Positions 43,666 through 57,100 of a DNA stretch of 64,000 nucleotides are shown here, in pieces. The translations under genes were made by a program, and so were the position numbers. A model generated the notes under the pieces. That model did not search any database and had not been told where the DNA came from. It saw only the letters and a list, made by a program, of their open reading frames with translations. Source of the DNA: Bacteroidia bacterium (GTDB lineage Bacteria; Bacteroidota; Bacteroidia; M30B66); contig CBDIHM010000003.1 of the NCBI GenBank assembly GCA_965279035.1, positions 1-64,000 of the forward strand, read 5' to 3'. Numbering within the stretch: position 1 is the stretch's first letter; each line of letters opens with the position of its first letter.

Positions 43666-44302
43666 TCATTTTTTTCTTCTTTATGCTTATTAGGCTTCTT
43701 CTTGTGCATTTTATGCACTCTCGTTTAATTTTTACGGATCCTACTAAGCAGTTAAATAAAATAATCCAAATCCTATGATGATGTACCATTTCTATTTATT
43801 TTTAAAAAATAATATACATATTAAGAAAGTAATCCAAACAATCCCTATGGTTATTCTTATTATGTCTCAGGTTTTTCTTCCTCTTAAGCTAACTAACCTT
43901 ATGGTGCAGGCAAAAGCTCTTTCAACTAAACAAAATATTTCTCAGCTCCCTTTTTTGATTGCTTAACTTAATAATCGAATGAAACCAGATTTTCATTTAC
44001 TAATGCCAAGTTTATAATTTCCGTTAAATTTCCTCGAATATTCAATGAGGTTATATGACTTGATTCCACATGAGCAATGTATTATTTTTAACCTCCTCTA
44101 AATATAAAGTAACATATGGAAAATGATGCAATTTTTATTTATCTATGATAGTATCAGTCTCTAAAGTAATTTGAGGTCTTTATGATTTTGATTTTGGTAT
44201 TTTAATTGATCCTATATGAGTCTTTTCTTTCCCATACTAAACATGGAGTTCATAATCAACTTATGATTGAACACTTAATATTAAAGCACAAATTATAATC
44301 AT
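43666..44302 (-). CDS. EMC10-like single-pass ER membrane protein
   Basis: Signal peptide, YELHV...IGSI, lumenal domain, E/Q linker, KWYIIIGFGLFYL TM, Q/A tail. Family assignment is inference. Confidence 0.55.
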
Positions 44303-44351
44303 TTGATAGTAATTTAAACTCAAAAACGGAGAATAAATAATATAAAAAATA

Positions 44352-44771
44352 ATGATTAAACTCCTTCTAGGATTAGTTGGTGCCATCAAGTTGAGTGAGA
44401 AAGAATAAACATCTAATGCTTAGGTTTCAAATTGTGGAAATATATTTAAATATTATGCATTAAGTGCATCAGTATAAGCAGGAGTGTTAGCAGGTTAATA
44501 TAGGATGTCAATATCTGGAAATGTTAAAGAATAAGTTGATTTGAAATATATATAAGCACAAAGCTATTGTAGTGGAACTTAAGAAAGCGCATCACAGAGA
44601 TTATTACCTAAAGATTTTAGTGTGAATTCAAATGGTGGATAATTTAGTGTTAGCTTTGGATTTTAAAATAAATGTGAATCATGGTATGTTTAAAAATTGG
44701 TTATCACTTTTTAAGATAAAGACTTAAATTAAATAGGATGTGCTAGCGTAAGTTGGAAATAATTGCAATGA
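44352..44771 (+). CDS. Secreted ML-domain-like (NPC2/MD-2) protein, divergent
   Basis: Signal peptide, VSNCG...ISGNV...TFQDKDLNQIGCASV; ~139 aa. Confidence 0.65.
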
Positions 44772-44924
44772 TATTGAAAAAAAAAAATCTAAAGAGAAAT
44801 TTAATATATGATAAAAAAAATTTCTTAAGAAATATTATTAAAAATAAAATACAGATTACGTAATAATATTATTCAAAGCCATATCCTAAATTTTTAAATA
44901 TAAATAAATATAATTAAAAAATAT

Positions 44925-45349
44925 ATGAAAGTCGTCATCTTGTCCATTTTGTTGATTTCAGCCTTAGCTGTCATCCCAACTGCAGTCACCAATTGTGGAA
45001 CATCCAAAAAAATTGTCTTCACAGAAGCCACATTCTCTGTTTAGCCAGCAAAAGGTGTTGATGAAACCATTACTTTATACGGTACTGCATCAGAATACAT
45101 CGAACTTGAAAATGTTGAGCTTATTGCACTTTGGAATGGAGCCAAGGTATTCAATTAGGACACTCCCAATGACAAATAATATGACAAGAATGATAAAGTA
45201 ACATATAGTTAAACCGCTAACTTCCCAGCCTTCACACCATCCGTAATAAAATAATATATTTTTTATAGGGAAAAATCAGAACACAATTCCATTTCATCGA
45301 CCTTAAAGGAGAAGAAGTTGGATGTGGTGAGGTTCAATTTAGTGTATGA
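44925..45349 (+). CDS. ML-domain (NPC2-like) lipid-binding protein
   Basis: MKVVILSILLISALA, TNCG, QPAKGVDETITLYGT, FPAFTPSG, DLKGEEVGCGEVQF; one 26-nt intron. Confidence 0.85.
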
Positions 45350-45373
45350 GAATGGATTTTTATAAAGTAATAT

Positions 45374-46148
45374 TCAATACATCACAATATTTTCTTTATT
45401 GCTAAAACTAAAAGAGCTTTATTCTGTTTAGAGCGAATTCTCTGTAGAGTCTGACAAAATTTTCTAGATTAGGTTCATTTCTGAAATTCTCGATTTATCG
45501 CCATTTTTTTATCCATATTCTTCGAGGAGCTCCATTAATTGATTTGCCTACTCTTCATCTAATTATTGGAGAAATGTTTTCAGTTCGCTATCATTAGGAT
45601 CTTCATCATTAATAATGCTTATATCAGTATCTTGTGTTTAATTAGATACTAATGAACACCTTTTACTTGTTTTAATAATATTATTCATAAATGGATTTTA
45701 GAATTATTATTAAGAATTTTAAGGATTTAATTTTTTTAGTTATGCATTTTCAACTAACAGAGCATCAACTTAAACTTATAATTAATAGTTTTCTTGTTAT
45801 AACAAGTCCCTATTCTTTGTGACTTCAGTTAATGCATCAACATACTATTCTGATTGCATTTTTCCATAATACAAATCCATTTTCATAATATAATCTGTAT
45901 CCTTTGTGTAATAAAATTTTAAACTAATAAAAATACCCTTCTTTGAATCTTTTCCATTTCCCCTATCTATTTTAGAGCTTTATGATATTTAGTTTATATC
46001 TCAGTTATTTAATCTTTTAGTTTAGCTATATCTAGTCTTTAGGACGCATTGCATAGTTGAAGTTTGTGTACTATCTTTAGTGATTTTAAATTTATACTTC
46101 TCTTAATTATGTTTCTGTTAATCCTAACAACTACTTTTTTTATTTCAT
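45374..46148 (-). CDS. Hypothetical coiled-coil/Q-rich protein
   Basis: Open under the ciliate code with one small intron; ends ...KENIVMY*. Confidence 0.55.
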
Positions 46149-46165
46149 AAAATATTTTTTAATAA

Positions 46166-47217
46166 TCATAGCTTAATTTTTTCAATGCAACTCCTGCAAA
46201 TATCAAAATCACAATCATGGCAATTGTATGGAAACTAATTAGGCATCATGAATCCTGGAATTGAACAAATATCACATGAATAAGCTATATTTGGACGAAT
46301 TTTCATCTCATGATTACCTGGACACATGTGGGGAACATTATCTTTGAACTATATATCAGGTGGTAAACATTGTAAACAATAGAATTGTCTGCACTGAATA
46401 CAAATATATCTGCATATTTTTTTATTATGGCATTTACAACAAAACTATTTAGATTGAGGAACACCAGGAGCAACCCAAAAGTTTACTTTATGACCAGAAA
46501 AACAAATTTATTTATTATGAAAGTTTCCTACTTATCCAAATGGTGGAAATTATTCCTACACTTATGGATTCTTATCATTTTATTTCTTGAGAAAATTTTT
46601 AATTTCTTGGAGTTATTTATCTTATTCCTCATTTTTAAGTTTTAAATTTTTGATTTCTTATATTAATGCTTTTAAGCAAGAATGCAGTTTGAAATCTTCC
46701 TTATTTACCTCCAAACCACAATTAATACATTCTAGGAATTTCACAAATTGACATTGTTCTTTCTTTTAAAAAATAAAAAAAAATATATTACATGTGTTTA
46801 AAGTTCACTTTCTAAACCTATCCACCCACATTATTCCAAACAATTTTTAGTGATGTACTGACAATGGAATTTATGAAATAAAATTTTCTCATATTCAATT
46901 TACTCAAGACACCCATAATTTCTATTTCTACAATTAAATTTTAATGCAGCTATTTGGGCTTTGATTATTTTATGAGGCTATTTTGTCTCAAACTCTCCAG
47001 TACATCTATTTGGACATCTTTTTGAATAAATTTATAAGAAATTTTACTCATTCTTTGCCCTTTTCCAATCATTAACGCATTATTAACAATAAAGTGATTC
47101 ACAATGTTTGCATTCAACAGCATCAATAGCAAACATTAAACATATCCTACAAAGCAGGTTCTCACTGACATCTTATTGTGTATTGTAGTCATCTCTATCA
47201 GAAGTTTATTAGATCAT
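46166..47217 (-). CDS. RING-like + TRAF-type + tandem ZZ-like zinc-finger protein, paralog A
   Basis: LLCRIC..ECKHC..YCQQC..W..CPNRC; C...GC...H..HC; C-terminal CPGNH..SCDIC..NCHDCDFDICRSC. Confidence 0.82.
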
Positions 47218-47274
47218 TTCTAGATTTTTTAAGTTTTTAAAGATAATTAAGGATAAAACTTTTTTTTTAAAAAA

Positions 47275-48498
47275 TCATTATATCAGACATCCTTCACCGT
47301 GTGGATTTTGTTTTTTTAAACATTCAGCACAAATATCAAAATCACATTATCTACACTGTAATGCTCTCTTGTCCATCATTTCTGAATCATCCCTATTACA
47401 AACATCACATATATATCCTCCACTATTTCTTTCATTAATTTAATGACCTGCAGGACAATGTGATGGTTTCTTATTAGTGATTCTAAATTATGGTGGTGCA
47501 CATTTCATACAAAAATAACTTTTACATTATACACATAAGTATCTACATATTGTTTTTTAGAGGCAATTCTCACATATTTATTTGCTGGCCTCGATGCCTG
47601 GAGCCAACCAAAATTAGAGGTTGTGCATTTTAGAGCATCTTAATTTGGAAGGCTCACAAAGACTTCCGCTTTTAGGAAATGGCTGGTTATTTATTAATTT
47701 TTGTGATCCAGCCATAGGTATAAATTAAGCTTCTTGTTATGGTAATGGTACTGATTAGTTCATATTTGGATATGGTGGAAATTTTTATTATTAAACGATT
47801 TAAATAGGAGATTATTTATTTTGTTGTTGAGGAACTTATTATATAATTATAGAACTTTCTTATTTTTGTTGAATGATTTAGGAATTTTATTATAATTCTT
47901 AGATTTAAGACTATTACAATTATGACATTGTTAGAAACTATTATTTCAATTCTTTGAGTTCCTATTTTAATTACCTGATGCAATCATGTTTTTAGATATC
48001 GACTTTCTAAATATCACATTCACATTTTTGGCATATAATGACTGTAACTTTCTGACAACCATATTACTATTCAATTTAAAAAATATAGATTTTACATGAT
48101 TTAATAGATCTACTTCAAGACCTTACCATTAGCAACCTGCAACACAGTGGGTGGTCTTAAACTTACATTCATTCTGATGTGACTTTATTGACTCATACAT
48201 TATAGTAACTTTGCATCCAAATTATCTATTTCTACAATATAATTTTATTTTTGATAATTCTATTCTGATCATTCGATGAGCTTGTTTTGTAAAAAACTTT
48301 CCAGCACATCTATTCGGACATCTTGTGTTAATAATAAGAATACTCATCTTTCTTAACAACCCAATCACCTATACATTGAGAACAGAAAAGATTCTCACAG
48401 CTTTTACATTCGAGGGGTTCAATAACTAGAAGAGTGCAAATGCCACAACACAGGTTATCAGGTACATCTTCAATTGGTTCAAAGTCATTTCGATCCAT
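47275..48498 (-). CDS. RING-like + TRAF-type + tandem ZZ-like zinc-finger protein, paralog B, with CaaX
   Basis: LCCGIC..ECKSC..FCSQC..W..CPNRC; Q/P linker; CPAGH..ICDVC..CRQCDFDICAEC; ends GCLIQ*. Confidence 0.85.
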
Positions 48499-48535
48499 TT
48501 ATACAAAAAAAAATAATAAAATAATAATAAAAATT

Positions 48536-49963
48536 TCATTTTAATTTATCTTTTAGAAGTATTAGTTAATCTCTGATAAATTTTATGCAATTTTTTATTA
48601 TAACTTCTTTTCTTTCATTTGTTATCACCTATATATAAGCTACGATTTTGTTTGAAGTTGATTTTTAAGTAATTAAAGCATCATCAATCCACTTAGCATT
48701 ATTTAAATTTTTTAAGTCATTAAGTTTTTGCGAATGCTCAACCTTATACTATGTAATCTATTACTAGATAATATATCTTAATTCTAGAGTTAACTTAGCT
48801 GATTCTTTCAAAATATGAAATTTTTAGAGATATTTTAAGGATTCTTATAATATGGATTGCTCTTAAATATCAATCTATTAACTTGAGAGTTCATTATATG
48901 CTGCTTGTACTATATCTTTATATTCTTTAATTTCAAGAATTCCAAAATTGGAAATACATTTCTCACAACCAAACTAGGTTTCTTTATTTGTTGGCATTCT
49001 ATATCTAATCAACAAATGATGATAGGGACAATACTTGAAATCACTTTCCGGTTATTAAAATACTTATGTGGTTTCCAAATTACTGAAAGTGGAAATGTCT
49101 TATGCGAAATATCTATCATTATTTTAAAACTTCTATTCCTAGATTGGACTATCAATCTAATATTCATTCAATTTAGCGACTATAAAATCTAAATCCTTTC
49201 TCTGTTTTGGATCTTTATTGAGACATCCATTCAAAACATTTTTTATTATTTCTTTCCTTCTCTCGAATATATTTGCTTATTAGTATTCTTTATTTCTAAT
49301 TTAATAATTTTCAACTTTTATTTTATAATGGACCTCTTCCTCGCTCTTACCGTTAAAAAATGGAGTCCCATGAATTAATTCATCCAAAATAAGTCCCATA
49401 GCCCATATGTCAACACTTTTGTTATAACCAAATCCCTCCAATATTTCTGGTGCAACATAATAAGCTGTTCCTACACCTTAAGTAGTCATTCTGTCCGATT
49501 TTATAGAACTTAATCCAAAATCAGTAATTTTATAAATTTCCTCATTTTATTCGAATTATCTTAGTATGTTTTCTGGTTTAATATCTCTATGTACAATGTT
49601 TTATTGATGTAAAAATTATAATCCTTTAGCCACTTATGTAATTATATTAACGATCTTTTATTCATCTATCTTATTTCTTAACAACATCATTTCGAACAAA
49701 CTCCCACCAGTGCAATATTCAAGGAATATAAACAAAACACTACCAGATTCAAATATATCTAGAATTTTAATGACATTTCTATGGCTAATAGATTTGAGGG
49801 ATTTTAAAACATTTTTTTCTTATTACGATATTTATGAGTTTCTATTTGAAATCTTGACGGCAACTTTTTAGTTATCAATTTTTCTTATAGCTAGAAAAAC
49901 TTATGAAAATGCTCCTTACCCTATTAATTAACTAGTAATTTCATAATATTCCTCATATTTCAT
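48536..49963 (-). CDS. CAMK-group Ser/Thr kinase (3' end approximate)
   Basis: IGQGAFSQV, VAVK, HRDIKPEN, TDFGLS, VGTAYYVAPE, VDIWAMG, DPKQR. Confidence 0.9.
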
Positions 49964-50005
49964 TATTTTAATATAATTTTTTTTTTCTTTTTTTTCTTAT
50001 ATATA

Positions 50006-52285
50006 TCATTAAACTGTTTGAACAGCCAATTTTATTAGATGGTCTGTAAAAATCTTCAAACTTGCATCATCAGTTATATAATTGCCGCTCTCCACATTCT
50101 AATTCTAAACTGTATTAACTGATGGATTGACTCTGCTCTTAATATACCTTTCATGACCATGTCCATAATATGTCTTTATCAATCTTGGCACTGGGAATCT
50201 ATCTTCCATTATTAACTTTATAAAATTAATTAATGAATACCTTAACATCTTCAAATGGTGTATCCAAAAGCTCTTTAATATGAGCATATTCAGGCAATTC
50301 GTGATATCCTTCTTCTTTCCATTTTTGTACATTCTCACCATACCACACAACAACATTGAAGTAAGAGTCTAATAGTAATGCCACATCTGGTTTCAGGCTT
50401 TCAATATCTAGCATAACTGGTGATGGTTGAGGATCCTCTATCGTATATTATAGCAATGCAGGTTGAATCATTACTAAAGCATTTGTTACATTTTCTCTTG
50501 ATAAAGAAGCTCTATAAAATGTTGTTTCATCTGGTGATGCACCAAATGTAGTTATGAAATGACTTCTTCTTAAATGATACATGAATTGAGGATATAATTG
50601 AAATTCTGCTTGAATTTTAAAAGATGAAGGGTCATCCTTTTTGTAAGTTCCAAACCTACTCACCAATCTAATTAATGATCTATCGAGCCATTTTAGGACT
50701 TCTATTGATTCCTCAGTTTCAGTCTTACTAATTCCTAATCTGGCCATAAGTACACAAGCAGCTTCTTAATCAAATCCCTTCGCTAATTCATTATTAGTTT
50801 AAGCATCTGCGAATTTCCTCATTATAGTTGTGACTCTCAATCTCTAAACTCTACTTGAATGTCGATATAGTGTGATAAATTAAACAAATGCATGCGTACT
50901 ATTCGACTAATCCTTATTTGGGGCTAAATCTAAAATAAACAGTATAGTGGAATTCCTATCTAAACCACCTGCATACCAACTAGTTGTACCTCCTTCTCCT
51001 ATGATTTGCTCAGAAGCCATAGGTCCTTATTTCTTAAGGGAGATGCATGGGCCAATCGCTCCTTATATCTTAATGTCTTTTGATGCAAACATATCAATTC
51101 TGGATCCAAAACCCATTTTAAGAAAACCTTGAGAGTCCCTATCAAACAACTTTTTGTAAGATTCCCTAAAGACATCGCTATCGAATTTTTCCTGCATAAC
51201 CACAACTCCTCCAGTTTTCTCAGCTAAAAATTTCATTTCCAACAATCCAAATTAATCTAATGTGAATGCAAAAATATCGATAGTGAGATTTGACTTTATA
51301 GCTTTTTGTGTCAATTCATTATAAAATTTCTTGGCCTTACTCATATATTAGGTGTTGGGAGCTTCTTTCTAAATGTCAAGATAAGACCTTATAGTTTCCT
51401 CATAAAACTATCCTACAATTTATCCAGGACCTATCGTACAGGGTCCTCCTGCAAAGAATAGAATTTTCGAATATTAAGATGCATATTCTAAGATGATGCT
51501 ACCAATTTTTAATGCTGCACCATTAGCTCTCAATTCTCTCTATCCTGATGGAACAGGCCATGGATCAACTTACAAATCATCTAATATCGAATTGAATGAG
51601 AATTCACATTCACTCAAAGGGACTAAAAATCTGCTTATGATATCTGTCTTGTTTGTAATTTGTAACATATCTATAATTTATTATGGTTAGTAATCTTTTG
51701 ACATAAAACTATAACATTTTGGACATTCCTCATATCCAAGTTCATGAACAAAAACTGTTCTTCCATAAGTAATCAATCCCACTTAAGTATCTGGAGGAAT
51801 AATTGATAAGCTCTATTAGATAGCATCTCTAATTGCATATAATTCTTCTTTTGTTACACATGTATCGATAATATATAAAAATGATGCAGGAGTTGTTTAT
51901 TAATTGGCTAAAATATATTCGATTGTTGTTGATTAGGGTTATTTTTCAGCTGGTAATTATTATTCTGTAATGTGATCAGCATAATTTTTGGGGAATGGAT
52001 TTCTCATTGAACAAAATATACAAATCCATTGCTTATTTCTATAATCAACTTAACAATATGGATTTAAAATTGATCCACATCTACAATAAAGTGGCGAATA
52101 CTCGACAACTACTAGATTCTCTAGATCTTTCATGGGTGCTATTTATTAGAAAAATATAAATTACAATAGAAAACACCTATTGGCACAACAGCTCGAGTAA
52201 GCTAAACCTTCGTTGATGGTAGATTATTCCATGACATTCGAACAGCATCTTTAGATTCTAAACCATAAAAGTCTAATTGTTGCAT
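50006..52285 (-). CDS. SEC23: COPII coat protein Sec23
   Basis: AVRMSWNNLP, Zn finger (ILNPYC..WICIFC), GGPCTIGPG, GLLEMK, LDRSLIRL, YPQFMYHLRRS, TDDASLKIF. Confidence 0.97.
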
Positions 52286-52324
52286 TAGGGACACGTAATT
52301 CTTATAATAATAAAAAATTAGAAA

Positions 52325-53497
52325 TCAAATTTTTCTCTTAAACATAGCAATAAAAAATCCATCAGTTTCTCCTGGAAATATTCTGACATAGTTTTTATTA
52401 TCTATGCCACGTGTCTCCCATTCAGGGAATAAATTTATTACCATCCAATTAGGATTTTCAATTATAAATTAATTGGCGACGATTTCATTCTCCTCCTTAT
52501 AAATTGAGCAAGTTGAGTAAATGATTCTTTTTAATTTTGGAAACTTAGTCAAATGATTCAGCAAATTCAATTACAAATACTGTAAATTCTATACTTGTTC
52601 TACTTTATCAAATGGAACACTCAAATCCACATCATTTAGTCCTTCTACAACTCTCTACTTAATCATACCACTTCCAGAACATGAGGGATCTAAAAGGGCT
52701 AATTTAACATTCGGATAATCTAAAGGATTAACATCCAAGAAATCCATATTAAATGTTTTGACATCACAATTATATTTTTAAAGCCTATTGTTTAATAGAT
52801 TAAATCTCTGATAATCCTTTTCTATTGCAAATAGGGTTCCTTCTACTTGTTTTAATTTCATATATTAAGATAACTAAATTGTCTTATTTCCAGGAGCAGA
52901 ACAACAATCGATAATATCAAATTTCATGTTTTGCTTCTTGATACTTCTCATTAATAAGAATGCAGGCAATGCACTGGATTTACTTTACACAACATAATTG
53001 TTTGATTTTAAAAAATCGGGATTATCCTTAATAAACTATGAATATATTTCATAATCCACCTTTACTAGGTTGGGGACATGTTCGTCTAACATTCCAAATA
53101 AAGGTTGAGTGTTCTCAAAAAATCTAACATATATAGTTTTAGATTATTTGTCATAAATATGATAAAAATTTAGCAAACTAGTAATTAATGTATGGTGTTT
53201 TTTCAAATATTTAGATATTTAACCTCCAATTTTTTTAGCCTTTCTATTATTAGGATTAAATATTTCTAAAATCAATATGATAAGTAGATTGTGATCATTA
53301 ATTTAAAAGTAATCCAATTCCATTAATTATCTTATAATTTCTTATAAATAGTTGAAGTTCTACATAGCTTTATGAAGGAGGGCATAAGATTATTAAACAA
53401 ACTTTTCATCATTTGATTTGAAAACAATTGATTTAAGACTTTATTTAGTTGTTACTACCTTGGTTAAGAGCTTGCTTAATTATGAATATTTATTCAT
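52325..53497 (-). CDS. NSUN5: rRNA m5C methyltransferase, NSUN5/Rcm1 type
   Basis: QSKSSALPA, DCCSAPGNKT, LDPSCSGSGM, IIYSTCSI..EENE, TDGFFIAMFKR. Confidence 0.88.
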
Positions 53498-53513
53498 ATT
53501 TTTTTTTTAATAA

Positions 53514-54151
53514 TCATTTTGGATTGGCTAATATTCCTCTGAACGTCTTCACTCCACCAAATGCAATATTAATTCTCTCCTTCTTGGGTTAATTTTTCTC
53601 ATAAGATTATGATCTTCCTACTGGTTCTAAGATTGGAGACTTCATAGGTTAGCATGCTGGAGTATTGAACTTTTGATTTTTTTTTTTTAAATATATATAC
53701 TTTTGACTTTGACTTCAAACTAACTTGACCACCTTCTTCTTTAATCTTCTATTTCTCCATTTTCTCTATCTTTTTATCTCTTTCCTTCTAAGCATCAATG
53801 ATGAAGTTCTTCAAAATCAAACTATCCCTAACAATTTTTGAAGAATTCAGATTCCTAAAAAAACTATCAAGTTATTATCTTCTATGTTCTATTAATTCTG
53901 GGTTGGCATTAGTATTTCTCCACCATTATGTTCCAGGAAATTTTGGCAATTAAACTTTAAGTGTTTCTAACTATTCATTCAGTCTCTTTAAATCACTATA
54001 TCTATATTCTACAGTAAAATTGTATCCCCTCTAAAGTTCCTCTAGACTTTTTAGGTCTTATATATAAATAATACTTCAATTGATAGTGTACGACATCGTC
54101 TTATTTTTTAAATGAAGGCACTGTGATTAAAATTGATGCATTTTCTTACAT
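53514..54151 (-). CDS. Small PX-domain protein
   Basis: VVHYQL, YRYSDLKRL, LPKFPGTQWW...PELIEHRRQQLDSFF; two small introns. Confidence 0.85.
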
Positions 54152-54164
54152 AAATAATATAAAA

Positions 54165-57100
54165 TCATTAAACTAAAATATTTGTTAATCTATGAATGCT
54201 TTGATATTCTTAAAGTAGGGATTTTATCTTTGCTTAAATAAATGTTTATACCTCAAATGCCATATTGGTTCCAAAATTAACTTTTATATCATGAAGCTTC
54301 ATATCAATTTGTAAAGCATAGCATTTTACATCACTAATGGCATCGAAATCATATGATTAAACAATCACTTTGGATGAATTAATTAAATTCAAACCTCTAT
54401 GGTTTATGCCTATAATTAATAATACAAAATTACCTAAATACATATTAGCATAAATAGTAACAGATAACTTATCATGAAATGTCTTTAACACTTATTAATT
54501 AACATCAACATAATATAAGGTTGTTCCAAATAACTATTTTGTCATAATGAAACTTAGAAACTATTATAAGGCCAAAGGTAATTTTTCTGTATATTAAGAT
54601 TACTTCATCTCATCTAAAACACATAGTTTATGGATCTATTTTTTTATTTATTCGATCTAAAGCTATATATTTTCGAACCAAACAAAATCACTCTACAATT
54701 TTAGAATGTGGGGTGGTATAATTTTTTAGTAGTTCTCCTTAATGCCTTATCCCTTATAAATGTTATAATCATATTCTTTGATTATGTTATAGTATGCACA
54801 TACTAGAAAGTACTCAAATTTTGACAATAAATACTTATCTTTATTGATTTCATCAAAAACTTAATATGATATTAATCTCATTCGTTATATTTGCTATTTA
54901 AAATCACCAGATTTAAAGTCAGCTAATTCCTACCCTGGTTATAAGAATAAAAATTTCTTAAGATATAGATTTTTTTCAGTAACTGTTTTTAGGTATTTAG
55001 TTACTGTCTAAAATAATCCTTTAACAGAGCCTCTTGGTTGTGGTTAATTTTATTGATTATGAAACTGACTTAATGGTTCGTCCTAATCTACTAATGTGCA
55101 ATCTTGAAAAGAATCCCCCAGAAATAATCTAAAGTCAACACATGATGTTAGGCATAAATGTTATGCCACCTTATTGACTAACTCAAAACTTCTTGTACTA
55201 CTCTTAAAACCAAATTCGATTCGTTACCCATCAGCTAGATCAACATGCCATTTATGTTCACATAATTAAGCTTATTCCCCGAATTCTATTGAATTTTCAT
55301 TAGCAACTTCATAGAAAGTACTCCTATTCTCCATTTGATTTAGATTTTCTAATAGAATGGTGCCTTTCCTGCTTGCCAAAACTTCTTATTGATTTGATTT
55401 GACAGATGTGAACTTTGATTACATGATGTTCTACATAACTTAGCTATGATTTAACGATTATCTATTTGTATTTTTTAATTTATCAGGTAAATCATAAAAG
55501 TTCTCGTCGATACTTAATAATTTTAAAACCTTTCTTTAATACTATTCGTCATTCATAATTTTCTTAGAATTTAAAACAAGCTACAAAAATTGCTATATCA
55601 CTATCATTCTATCATTCAGTAATTTAGGATTAGTTGTTCAGCCAATTAGAACTAGATAAATGAGGAGGTTAGAGTTCTTTATCGAATTATCTAACCAATT
55701 TTTCTAATTCCTATATTTGGCTATATCTAACAAATATCTTCAATTGTATTTAATCAATTGTAATTAAAGTAATATAGACAGTATATCTTTTTATGGAACT
55801 AGGATTCCGTATATCTGTACCTTTCACGTCTACTCTTATTTGTTGTTTCTATTATTTATCAGATTTTAATTATCTAATCTAATCTCTCTAAAATAATTGT
55901 TATATTATTTTTTCTAATTTAATTTTAAGTTCTTTTCTCTATTCATCTTTATCGAACGTAAATACTAAACATTAATTGTATGATAAAATCTCTAATAGAT
56001 TCTGTTTAAATTGATTATCTTCTTTCTCATATACTTTAGTAAACGATGATATTACCAGATGGTTCTAATATTTATAATTACATTCTCCAGATTTTGTGAG
56101 TAGCAATAAATTATTAAAAGCATATAAAATTATAGGTATATCCTGTTTATCATGATATAACTAACATGTTTCTTCAAATATGAACTCTCTGTTTGCCTCT
56201 GCTATTTGTACATAGCCACAGTAAAGATTATGCAATTCAAATGTTTTAAGTTATCCCAATTGCTTGCTCATCTTCTCATTATTATCATTATTGATTATTT
56301 CAAATTTCTTTAAACACTTAACTATGTTTTCATAGTCCAAATGAAAGGTTTCAGTATGTTTTAACAAATCTTTATAAAGTAGTACATATTTAGGTAACCT
56401 TTATACAGGCTTAACAAGAAAACTATGGATATCTAATCCTCTTAAAACATTTGATTTTCTCAATTGTTGCATAAGTGTGGCATATTGTTTATCCTTTTCA
56501 TATTATTCTATTGTTTTCGAAGATTATTTAAACTCATTGCAATAGTCGTAATAAACTTTGAAGCCATCAAGATATGGTATTATTTTACCCATTATATCCT
56601 TTTATTTATCTTGAAAAGCTCCCTATAAAGTTGACAGGATAATTTAATTGAAAGTATGAATTGTTTAAATGTTGTTAAATATCTTCTTCATATCAAATTG
56701 ATTTACAAATTTAGACATAGGTTTCATAATATAATTTATAACTATAGCTAAATCTTAAACATACCTGTCCTCGGTGTCAATGATCTCCTTAATAACAAAC
56801 TATCTGTGCCTACTTCTCTTCATCATAATTTTGAATCTCTTTTTAAATAATTTATTTCGAAAAAATCTTTAAATCATTATAATTTTCTTTAATTGTTGAT
56901 AGAAATAAGCATCCTGCCTAACCAAAACCGGCATTTATGATTTATTCATAAAAATAACCTAACTCGAATATTTCATTTCTTATGTAGTCATCCTTATGGA
57001 TTTATGAATTTCAGCATTCTAATATTACTTCTACTCTAACTCTAATTACTTGCTCCTGGTACGAACACTCATCAACAAATAGTTAGATTTGTTTATCTTT

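Noticed and set aside
52286-52300. ACGTG core just upstream of the SEC23 ATG as a bZIP/UPR element
   Set aside because: A single short match with no other support in the window.
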